Source of the DNA: Lepidodermella squamata
Lineage: Eukaryota; Animalia; Gastrotricha
Length of the DNA: 64,000 nt
Reading direction: 5' to 3'
Assembly: GCA_047495785.1 (NCBI GenBank)
Contig: JBLDXI010000040.1
Location: forward strand, 1-64,000
A program made the translations under genes and the position numbers. Below the pieces are notes generated by a model. The model saw only the letters and a program-made list of their open reading frames with translations. It was not told the origin of the DNA and ran no database searches. Positions 12,169 to 22,005 of the stretch are shown piece after piece. The number at the start of each line of letters is the position of its first letter. Position 1 is the first letter of the stretch.

Positions 12169-13227
12169 ATGTTCGCGTGTAATAAAAAACTGAATCATAA
12201 TAAAAAGCATATAAAATGCAACGGAAACGCGAAAAACATTCAAAAAATGCCTAATCTCATTTCGAAGAGAAAAAGCAGTGATATGCTGCATCTAAAGCTG
12301 TTCCAACTCGATCTGCATCCCGCAAGTTTCAAAATTGGCAATGAAGCAGCTCTCCAGAAGGCTTTTCCAGTTCACCGATTTCATCGGCTTGGTATTGCAA
12401 CGAAATTCCTTTCATGCTCACTGGCGATCGTTTTTACAGTTCTGATCTACAAGTTGGCGTTTGGCTATTCCAGTCATTTGAATCCTGTAATAGCACTATG
12501 CCTCGCATTTTCCTTGGTCTACACCCATTTCGCATTCAGTCGAGTTTTCAAGACAAAGTACGACCATCCTAAAATCGAATCTCGAGCTACTCTGGCTGGT
12601 TTTATCTTCGTTTTCATCACAATGGCAACGTCTTTGATTTGCCTTATTTTGACATGCATTGGGAACGAAAATTTACGCCAAGACTCATTACTCCCTCAAA
12701 TATCAAACTGGACTATGGGAGTGAATGGCCTTCAGTTCATTCTTCATTTCATCGAAGCTGCTAACCAAAATTGGCCGATCAATATTGACAGAATAGTGAG
12801 AAGGCGGAGGCAAAATGGGCTGCAGTTACTGCTGAAATGCAACCATTGCTATTTGTTAATTTTCGTGCTGAGTTTCACAACTTATTCCTACTTCCGTAGT
12901 TTCTACTTCGGAACATCCGTTGGCGATTCCTATTTCGGCGATTACGACAGTATTTGGTGGATTTTCTACCTAGTCTTGCCACTGGTTTATCTTCAGTACA
13001 TTTTGACAGTCGCCCTGATTTCAGCTGTTTCCACTCGACAAATTTCGGCGATGAAGCATTTAGGACTTGTATTCTACGTATCTGGCATGATTGTTATGTC
13101 TGCTGCGACAATTTCCGCTTGGATGTTCTTTCCAGTGGCACTACAAGCCGCGCCTGTTGTTATCACGCTGGCCTTAGCCCAGTGGATGGGCGATACTAGC
13201 ACTCTTTTTCCTATCACGAGGCAATGA
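12169..13227 (+). CDS. Intronless ~8-TM orphan membrane protein, member 2 (true start may be 12247 or 12283)
   Basis: 352-aa ORF with hydrophobic segments; IEAANQNWP matches the half-1 end motif of the paralogs. Confidence 0.8.
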   Translation: MFACNKKLNHNKKHIKCNGNAKNIQKMPNLISKRKSSDMLHLKLFQLDLHPASFKIGNEAALQKAFPVHRFHRLGIATKFLSCSLAIVFTVLIYKLAFGYSSHLNPVIALCLAFSLVYTHFAFSRVFKTKYDHPKIESRATLAGFIFVFITMATSLICLILTCIGNENLRQDSLLPQISNWTMGVNGLQFILHFIEAANQNWPINIDRIVRRRRQNGLQLLLKCNHCYLLIFVLSFTTYSYFRSFYFGTSVGDSYFGDYDSIWWIFYLVLPLVYLQYILTVALISAVSTRQISAMKHLGLVFYVSGMIVMSAATISAWMFFPVALQAAPVVITLALAQWMGDTSTLFPITRQ

Positions 13228-13420
13228 TGCATTTGTTTTTATCGAAAATCAGGAAAATAAAACGGTTTTGTTTCTAAACTCTCGAATTTTTTTCCGCGGA
13301 ACAAAAAACAAAGGCAAATTTGAAAAATATGAAATACTGAAATTGCATGCATTCTTTAGGATCTTGAAATAACTCTAATATTAACCTGAAACAATCAGGG
13401 GAATTCCTTTCTTACTTGTC

Positions 13421-14755
13421 ATGAGGAAATCAGTTGAACTTCAGCCACGTGATCGATTCTCCGGCGATTCTGCGGCTGGCAGCCTGTCTATTTCAGACCT
13501 AACCATCGAATCAGTAATAGACAGCCGTAAAACATCGACAGAATCCGTCATTACCTTCGCCGAACAAGAACCACCAGTCCATCGAAATCCTAAAAAGGCC
13601 AAATCTATCAAAACCGTATCGTGCATTGTTTCACTGCTCGCCTTAGCCTTTACCTTCACAACGGCTTTCAACTACTTCAACGCATCACCTTGTCTCGCTG
13701 CTTGCAGCAACTTGAACTCGAAACACAAGTACCAAGATGAGGATTTCGAACCTGTCAAAATTGACTGTGAGGTTAAATGTCTGTCAAATGTCTCTTCCTT
13801 ACTCAAATTTTGTGTTTTCGCTGTGCTCTTCAATTGCTGTTTCTCGTTTTCACTTCTATCAATCGAAGATCGCTATTACTCTCAGATAAGAGTTGTCACT
13901 CTATTCTTCACATATTTAGCAAACGCATGTCTTCAATGTTCGGCAACTGCGGTGTTATTCGTTATCCTTAGCCGGGAAAAGGATGGCTCAAAATATCATC
14001 TACGGCCCTTTCTCGACAAATTTTGGCCGGCTGTTGTAGCTCTAGGTTTCGAAGGTGTGTCAGTTTTACTCATATTTCTCGATTTACTCAACCATAATTG
14101 GCCTGGTTTCTTCGGGAAGCCGAAAGCCGTACCTGGGAATCGCAAGTTAGACACCCTATCTCTCTACAGAAAAGGCTTATACGTGAAGAATCTTCCCACA
14201 ATAATGAAAACCATAAATTGTACCTTTGGATGTATTGCGATGGTCATTCTTATTTCAAACAGCTTCTCAACATCTTTCGATAGAGATTTTAAGGAGGAGT
14301 TTTTAATAAAAACTAATCAATCGGAGAAATGTTTAGACACATCAGTTTTCGGAGAGGAAAATTTGACTAGGCTATACGAATTTCTATCGAATTTCGACCC
14401 GATTTGCTTCAGAGATGATTCAGACCTGCAAGATATGACAATGTTCGCAGTTATTTTCTCGCTAACCCTATGGCATACTCTGTTGAGCCTCGCAATTTTA
14501 CCCCAACGTAATCGTTATTTGAGTATCCACCATTTTTACGTAGCAATTGTTGCCTATACGTTTGAAGCCATTGTTTTGGGTCTGCTCTCTGTCCTAAGTT
14601 GGGCAGTGTATCGACACGTTTTGGGCAGGTCTTTGTGGAACGATATTCCAGAGTCAATTTCTTTGTTGCTTTTCCTGTATCCGACTGCATTTATTGTCTG
14701 GATTTTAGACTTTGCTCTCCGCATGACTTGTTGCGATATTTTATGTTGTGCTTAG
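13421..14755 (+). CDS. Intronless ~8-TM orphan membrane protein, member 3
   Basis: 444 aa; Cys loop CLAAC..DCEVKC; LDLLNHNWP; LWHTLLSLAILP; WILDFALR; Cys-rich tail CCDILCCA. Confidence 0.88.
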   Translation: MRKSVELQPRDRFSGDSAAGSLSISDLTIESVIDSRKTSTESVITFAEQEPPVHRNPKKAKSIKTVSCIVSLLALAFTFTTAFNYFNASPCLAACSNLNSKHKYQDEDFEPVKIDCEVKCLSNVSSLLKFCVFAVLFNCCFSFSLLSIEDRYYSQIRVVTLFFTYLANACLQCSATAVLFVILSREKDGSKYHLRPFLDKFWPAVVALGFEGVSVLLIFLDLLNHNWPGFFGKPKAVPGNRKLDTLSLYRKGLYVKNLPTIMKTINCTFGCIAMVILISNSFSTSFDRDFKEEFLIKTNQSEKCLDTSVFGEENLTRLYEFLSNFDPICFRDDSDLQDMTMFAVIFSLTLWHTLLSLAILPQRNRYLSIHHFYVAIVAYTFEAIVLGLLSVLSWAVYRHVLGRSLWNDIPESISLLLFLYPTAFIVWILDFALRMTCCDILCCA

Positions 14756-14804
14756 CAATAAAATACGTCTAGCCATATTTTTTTATAATTTTTCCCGAGG
14801 TAAA

Positions 14805-15836
14805 ATGTCGAGTATCTATGAGAATCTTGAGTATTTTTCGACAATGGAACAAACGAACGATGACGCTCCTATTTTCCCTGGACCTAAGCCTTACTACGAA
14901 AGGTACCGAGTAAAGGTTCTAGCAATATGCGCAAATGCTGGACGATGTCTATCGAGCTTTATCAATTTCGCATTGGCCTCAGCTGCAGTTTTCTACTCAT
15001 TGAATGAAAGATGCTTGGAATCTTCAGCCCCTGAACAGCTTCATCAAGTTTGGGCGAGTTTCGGAGTCCTAATCCCGATTTTCGCTTATTCGGCCTATGC
15101 ATTTGGAGTTGCGACCAATTTCAAATACCAATCCTCTGGAAATGTTATCGATATTATTGGCCTGAATGCATTTTTCACGGTAACACTAGGCCTTGGATTT
15201 ATTGCAGAATTTCATTTTCGCCATTTCTTCACTCGAGGGGAGTCGGACGTTTGCATCTTAGCAGCGATCACTTCAACCGCGATAAGTTTGGCAATTCAAA
15301 TCGTTCAGTTCGTGAATTTCAACTACAAGCAATCGTTTGACGTCGATATTCAAGAGCAGAATCTAGCTGTTCATAACGCTACGTTTTGCGCTTATTCCAA
15401 AAATTTGAGCCGAAACTCGAAACTTCTGCACTCAACCTTCACTTTGCTGGCCTTGTTGATTATAACCTTCCATCGCGTTAGTTTGGAAGTTTTTCGATGT
15501 GAACCAATGGATTTTGAAGCTGACTTCTTCGTCTTTGGACTTCTAGCCTGGCATTTCCTAATTGGAATGATGATTCTGCCGAATAGTTCAATGTATCGTG
15601 GTGCTTGGGAGGTGAAACTTGTGGCTTGTTTTCATTTGGTCGAACTTCCTGTCCTAATCAGCTGTATCATATTCACGCTAGTCGGTGATCGGAGGACTCA
15701 TTTCTACTTCCAGCCAGTTGCTGTAGCGCTGATTATTGCGGAACTGGTCGCCTGGACGCTGGAATTTGGAGCGAGGCTTTACAAGGGAATCAGCTGTATC
15801 CGCATTGAAAACCGAGTTCGCGTCTCTGCCTTTTGA
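14805..15836 (+). CDS. Intronless ~8-TM orphan membrane protein, member 4
   Basis: First ATG at 14805; YERYRVK..C; VQFVNFNY; AWHFLIGMMILP; WTLEFGAR. Confidence 0.87.
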   Translation: MSSIYENLEYFSTMEQTNDDAPIFPGPKPYYERYRVKVLAICANAGRCLSSFINFALASAAVFYSLNERCLESSAPEQLHQVWASFGVLIPIFAYSAYAFGVATNFKYQSSGNVIDIIGLNAFFTVTLGLGFIAEFHFRHFFTRGESDVCILAAITSTAISLAIQIVQFVNFNYKQSFDVDIQEQNLAVHNATFCAYSKNLSRNSKLLHSTFTLLALLIITFHRVSLEVFRCEPMDFEADFFVFGLLAWHFLIGMMILPNSSMYRGAWEVKLVACFHLVELPVLISCIIFTLVGDRRTHFYFQPVAVALIIAELVAWTLEFGARLYKGISCIRIENRVRVSAF

Positions 15837-18075
15837 AATTAAGATGACCCAAGATCCAAGATGAAAGACATAACTTATTTAATTTGGAGAAATGCGTCTA
15901 ATAAATCGTTAAAATCATGTTCGAACGAATTTTGAACTCCAGCCTTGGAAGCATTCTTGAGACGCAAGATGCAAACTGAAACTGAAAAATCATAGCATCG
16001 GTTGCCAAGGGTCTGGTTATCATTATCTGTCTGGTTTCTTGGGTTGCTATTCACCGCCAAGGTCCGAACTTTCGATAAGAACTTGGGAGAACAACAGAAC
16101 TGCCATGAAACACTACTGGGGTTCCAGTTAGAAACATGATCTAAACATCTCATCGAGAAATCAATCATGACTTCAATAATACGTGATAGAAACTTGCATC
16201 AAGATCTCAGAATGCAGGCAAGCAATCAATGTTAAATTCTGTATAAACTATTGTCAGTTTCAATCGGAGAGTTATCAAAAACGAGGCAAATGCAAAACGT
16301 TCTTATTTTGCTTGCGCCTTGATCCGCCGCTCCCGCTCGACCTGCCGCGCTTTGCCGAGGACAGCACTCCGTTCGCGACGGGGAAACTTTTCCAGCCAAT
16401 TTGTTCCATACTTTCGGCAGCGTTCCAGCCAATACCTGACCGTGACGGTCGACGGCTTCCTTGGCGGATCAAGATCTTTGCAATAGAGCAGGAATGGCTC
16501 CAAAGACTCCATCTCCTCCTTTGACCAATTAGTTCGCCATTTTTCTAAAAGGGATTCAAGAAACAAACAAGACAGGCTGAGAGACATGCAAACGATTGAC
16601 GTGCCACGAATCCGAATATGGGGATGGCGGGGCCTGCAGAGAAACCGCCGACGGATCCACCACAGGAGCCAACACAGGCTGAGAGACAGGCTGGTGTGAC
16701 AATCGCAATTTTCCACGACTTGGGTACGTAGCCCGTGTTTAGACTGAGCTCGAAGAGCCGGCGCATGTGGCTAAGGAGACTATTTCCTCCGTTTTTTAGC
16801 AGAACGTTTGAGACTTCATCGTGGCCGGGTGCCTTGAAGTTTTTCAATTTCTTGAGGAGTGTCTTCAGAGAAGACTTCGGTAAGCGGACGTTTAGCGAGC
16901 CAGGTATAGCAGCCAAGGGGCTTGTCTTCTCGGAGCTCTCAACTCCTTCGTCTACTGTTGCCCAAAACTTCTGAGTTGCGGGGGAATCTGAGGTTTTGGC
17001 AGGCGCGGAAACAACTTTGGCGAAGGTCTTAGCTATCAGCTCAGCTTTTGCATTGCTGTGAATCACCGCCTTGCCTAGCGATGTCTTCAGACCTGGAAGC
17101 GGCCGTCTGCGTTGTTTCTTGTTCAGCAATCTGGAGGCTGCGGACCATGCAGGTCTCGGGTTGTGGTTATTGAAGTTTTTTGCAATTGATTTGAGGCATC
17201 TTTCGCAGTCTTTACGATTCTCCTCGCCGACAAGGTTTGCAATTTTCTTCGTGATCATGTTAAGTGCTGTTTTTACGTAGGAGCTGCTGGTTTCGCAATG
17301 CAGCTGTTGAAGTTCGTTGCGCTGCTGTAGTGCTGTTGCGATCGGCTTCGTTAGTTTCCAGCCTTGGATTGCATTTGCCTTGCAGATTGGAATGGACTCT
17401 GACGCAGCCTGTTTTATGGCTGTAACTATTGCCTCGAGATACTCGTCGATTTTAGTTGTAGGGTCGCCCGGCTGTGGGATTTTTGGGTCGGCCAGCTCGC
17501 GTAGCCAATATGACAGACGTTTCCTGAATTTGGGCCAATTTGCATGGTTGAAGTTGTATCTCTTCTCTTCAGAGTCCGACTCCATCCGCTTAGTTACACT
17601 GTCGACGTTTATTTCGATACGAATAGCGTTGTGGTCACTGCCGTATTTAGCATGAACGGTAGGTTTGGCAGCCATCAGGGCACGTCCTTCAGTATTCGCC
17701 AGCCAAATATCAATCTGTCGTCCAACTTTATTTGCCGAGTAGTGTGTCGGTACGCCAGTACTCAGTAGATGGTGTCCTTCGCTTTCGAGCCAGTAAGCCA
17801 GTGTCGTACCAGCTGCGTTGTTGATCTTGCCGCCAGTGAATAAACGTGAGTGCCAGGCATTTAGGTCTCCGCCAAAAATTGCTGGCGTGTGGTTGCTATT
17901 ATAGAACAAACCTCCAAGGACACTGTCGAGGAAAGACGTGTCGAGTTCCTCGCTTGGAGATCGATAGCCTGTAGCTAAAATTAGATCAATATTGGATTTG
18001 GTAATGATGCGGAGGGCTAGCCATTCGCTAGCGTCTGTGTGATAGGAAAAGAGCTCGCCGACTACTCGAATGCTA

Positions 18076-19978
18076 CAGGGTGTTTCAGAACTCGCGCACT
18101 ATATGAATAGCATGCGGCAAATGCGCGCACATTGTTATGCGCATACACTATTATACGCGTATACTATTTTACCTATAAATGTACCACACACTACTGTAGT
18201 CAGCGTATAAAATATGCGTAATACATAAATGTACAGCATACATAATAGCACTGCCGTAGTTATTTTCTGGTGGAAACCTTCGAGCCTCGATAAATTTGAG
18301 CCGAGTTTCATTGAATATCTTTTTTATTTCGAGGATGATGTCATGTTTTTCTGAAACATGCTGATTGATTGGACTCTGAAGCGAGCGGTTTCAAAACAAT
18401 TTCTCAAATTCCGTGGCTGGATATTTCAGAAATTGATGATTTCTGAGAAAATTCTGATTTTACTTGATGTTGAATTTGTCGAAATATCGCAAGGAGACGC
18501 ATGTCAAACGACGCGAAAACCGTCGTAGAGAGGCCGTTTTTCGCTACAACCGGGTCAACTTTACAACCCTCCCTCTTGAATACCCGTGGATGGATTTTTG
18601 ATTTCTTGACATCGTTGGATAGCCCAAGATGAGCTCTACAAGGCTGGTTGGTCGCGCAAAATTTCTATCCACGGACATCGCAAGGAGACGCATGTCAAAC
18701 GACGCGAAAACCGTCGTAGAGAGGCCGTTTTTCGCTACAACCGGGTCAACTTTACAACCCTCCCTCTTGAATACCCGTAATGGATTTTTGATTTCTTGAC
18801 ATCGTTGGATAGCCCAAGATGAGCTCTACAAGGCTGGTTGGTCGCGCAAAATTTCTATCCACGGACATCGCAAGGAGACGCATGTCAAACGACGCGAAAA
18901 CCGTCGTAGAGAGGCCGTTTTTCGCTACAACCGGGTCAACTTTACAACCCTCCCTCTTGAATACCCGTAATGGATTTTTGATTTCTTGACATCGTTGGAT
19001 AGCCCAAGATGAGCTCTACAAGGCTGGTTGGTCGCGCAAAATTTCTATCCACGGACATCGCAAGGAGACGCATGTCAAACGACGCGAAAACCGTCGAAGA
19101 GAGGCCGTTTTTCGCCCGCAAACGGGTCATCTTCGGGACCCTCCCTCTAAGAATTCCGTGGATGGATTTTCGATTTCTTGACATCGTTAGAAAGCCCAAG
19201 AGCTGGTCTACCAGGCTGGTTTGTCGCGCCGAAAGTCTATCCACAGGGTTCGTAAGGAATCGCATGTCAAATGTCACAAAAATCGTCGTAGTTGGGCCGT
19301 TTAAGGTAACGTCAATGTTTTGGCGTCCATTCTTATGCAAGTGGTAAACGACATTTTCCCGTGGAAGCGACTGAGCTTTTGCTTTCAAATTTTAGCTCAC
19401 AGAAATTTTTAAACTCAATCAGAGTGATGCAACATTACCTTTACTCACGACTTTTTTCACTTCCTCTCAATTTTTACTGCTCTTTTCAAGAGTGAATGAA
19501 CGTGAAATCAAATTCATGGAATAAAACAACAGCAACGGCGTAAAAATCACATTGTCTGGAATAATTTTCATCATATTTGTATTGGAAACTCGAAATTTAT
19601 TCATAGCCGCATTAAGAACCTGTCCTGTTGGAAGTTTCTTCATTGAGAAATCGGCAAATTTCCAGATATTTTGCAAGAACAAGTCTTATTTCCTAGCGAT
19701 ATCCCCATTACTGCAGCAGCGTAACGGTATATACGAGTTCGATTTGCGCATGTTATAATGCGCGCATACCGCTTGCACGCCATATGGGACGTATAACGCC
19801 AACTACATAGCATATACGCATTACACGCATTACCGTTTGCGCTAGCCGCGCCTTATACTATGCAAAAATATAAACATATGTGCGCGGAATGTATGCGCAG
19901 CGCGCGCACGTTTACTCAGGATACCAAGGCAACCATTTGCCGCAGGTTATTTTAGTGCGCAAGTTCTGAAACACCCTG
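18076..19978. mobile_element. Non-autonomous Tc1/mariner-type DNA transposon
   Basis: 26-bp TIR CAGGGTGTTTCAGAACT(C/T)GCGCACTA with 1 mismatch; TA duplicated at 18074-75 and 19979-80; no transposase seen. Confidence 0.93.
18487..19300. repeat. ~190-bp tandem repeat, ~4 copies, inside the Tc1/mariner-type element
   Basis: CAAGGAGACGCATGTCAAACGACG at 18490, 18681, 18871, 19061; the last unit is diverged. Confidence 0.95.
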
Positions 19979-20419
19979 TATTTTTAACCAAGATGGCCGC
20001 TCCGCCATAGCTTTGGCTATCATCAGAGACTCGGATCGAGCTATTAGAAGGGTAGCTTCGATCCACTCGGAACATTGTATAACCAGGTAATTCAAAAGTG
20101 TAATTTTTAGCTAGGTGCGTCTCATTTAGAAATATAATGTCAGCTTTCAACTCTTTTGCTAGTAACATGAGTTCTTTGCGCTTTCTTTTGCAGGACCTGC
20201 AGTTCCACTGAACAATGATTAGCATTTCGCGGGAGTAAAATGAAAAGCGAGTTAAGTTAAATTAAACGAACGATAAAAGGTGGTGAGTTAAAGAAGAGGA
20301 AAACTGTTTGTCTGCCTAAATAAAAAAAGGGTTTATTAAGGTTACTTTGGGTCGATTTGATTTGATTGCTCTGTAGATTCCATGCCGCAGTTTTGAGAGT
20401 CAGCTTCCGGGCCCCAGTC

Positions 20420-22005
20420 TTAATCGTCGACTGCCTTGGTAGGTTCGGCCGTGGGCTGGGCCGGGCGGGGCTGGTGCGTAGCAGATGCTGCCGAAAGGAT
20501 AGTTGTTAACCCATTGATAATACCTGCAGGGTTCGTATTCTGTAAAGCTTTGCTGAAGTGCGTGGACAGGGCGGCTGTTATAGCTTCGCAGACGATCTTC
20601 GCGATCAAAGCTTTGAATTGCTCATTGTTGATCAGATTTTCTGCAAGAGCTTGCATCGATATATTCTGCTGAGGCGTCGTCTATTGCTCAACATTCTGTT
20701 TCTTTACAGCAGCGTTCTGAGTCGATGGTTGCCAAGCTAATTTTTCTGGCAACGGTGCAGGGATGAATGTCTTCTGTTGTTCTGGGTGGAGGATTTTGTC
20801 CACTGCTTCCCGCTCGAGCTTGCGAATCTCCTGCTGCTTTCGCAGTAGCGCCGGACAGCCGCGGCTCCCCGCTCCGTGTCCTTTTTTCTCGCAATTGACA
20901 CAGAAACGCTGGTCAATGTCGTCTTTGGCTTCGCAGTCGGCATATTTGTGGGGCCCAGCGCAGTGACTGCACTTAAGGGGGCCAGTGCATTGACGTAGGA
21001 GGTGGTTGTGAGATTGACACCTGCTGCAGCGCCCTCCTGTGTCGGGTGCAGGTTTTAGGAGCGTTGCTTCGATTGTGAATATCCTATCGTGACCATTCCG
21101 TTGATTAGCTTTGCAGCCTCCTCTGGGCTTGACATGAGGCATATGAATTCAGCATGGCTCTTGAATGCTCTTCTGACTGGGTAAATTTGCTCTGCTTGTG
21201 GCCATAGCTGCTTCAGTGTTTCCGAAGTCATCGATTTCGGCGCGTTCCGAACGTGTACCGAACGTTTTTGCTGCGTTGCGATTTCTTGGGCTGTGTAATG
21301 TCGGCCGGAGCCGGCTGTTTTGCTCGGTTCTTCTTCAGGGAATAGTCTGTAATAGTGTGCAGTACGATGGGCTACGGCTTTTCCTTCGAAGGCCGATGAG
21401 GGCAGGTTGGATAGCAGGTTTTCAGCATCTCCTGGGGTGCTGCAAATGATCCTGACACCGCCGTTTGGGTAATCAAAGATGTATTTTATTCGAAGGCCAG
21501 GCATTTTCTCACCAAGCTCGGCAGCAACTGTGTTCGAGTTATATTTAGCCGGGTCGAAGCCATCGATCGCGACGGTCAGTTTTTCCCTGGACTTCGCATC
21601 CAACAGGTTGTCCTTGTTGGTTTTGCGGTCTACTTGTTCTTCGTCTGGGGTTACGTCGTCGGGTGATGACTCCTCACCGTTTCCAGATTTGAAGTTTTTA
21701 CCAGCACGGTTCGAGTGATGTATTGGTGTTCTGTCCCCGGCGGTGCTCCTTTTTTCTGCTGGACTGATCGGCGAATTGTTGTTGGTTTGTTGGTCGTCCT
21801 GCTGATCGCCAGGCCCTGGGATGGATCCCGAGCTAGTCGCCTTGCGCTTAACTGTCGCTTGGTTCTGTTTGTCAGGGATCGGTTTAGAACCACCCGTGGT
21901 TTTCAGGAAACTTGTCCTGATGTCAGCCTGATGATGATTTCCCGGCCCTCGTTGGCCGCCGCCTAAAAAGCCACCTCTGCCACTATTACCGCGGCCGGAG
22001 GCCAT
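20420..22005 (-). pseudogene. LINE ORF1 (gag-like: RRM + zinc knuckles) with one frameshift (~21085) and one in-frame TAG (20681-20683)
   Basis: SVHVRNAPKSMTSETL; CSRCQSHNHLLRQC, CSHCAGPHKYADC, CVNCEKKGHGAGSRGC; ORFs 21055-22005, 20681-21142 and 20420-20656 join up. Confidence 0.9.

Larger units (their letters stand above)
17..17721. repeat. Giant inverted duplication: arms 17-8524 and 9213-17721, 688-bp spacer 8525-9212
   Basis: ORFs are mirrored (coordinate sums 17736-17738). The only differences I found are three 1-bp run-length indels (~2288, ~2955, ~7880). Confidence 0.97.
16692..20225 (-). pseudogene. LINE ORF2 (APE endonuclease, linker, first RT motif), interrupted by a DNA transposon at 18076-19978
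   Basis: MLIIVQWNCRS..DIIFLNETHL..YGGAAILVKN|SIRVV..ATGYRSP..IFGGDLNAWH..IDIWL..SDHNAI. Removing the insertion and one TA restores the frame. Confidence 0.92.

Noticed and set aside
11081-15836. Calling the TM genes GPCRs or tetraspanins
   Set aside because: About eight helices, no DRY/NPxxY and no CCG motif; no assignment is supportable by eye.
18942-19388. ORFs within the 190-bp repeat
   Set aside because: Products of repeat periodicity, with no transposase motifs.
20681-21142. Programmed frameshift or readthrough in LINE ORF1
   Set aside because: No slippery site is visible and the element is otherwise broken, so decay is the simpler explanation.
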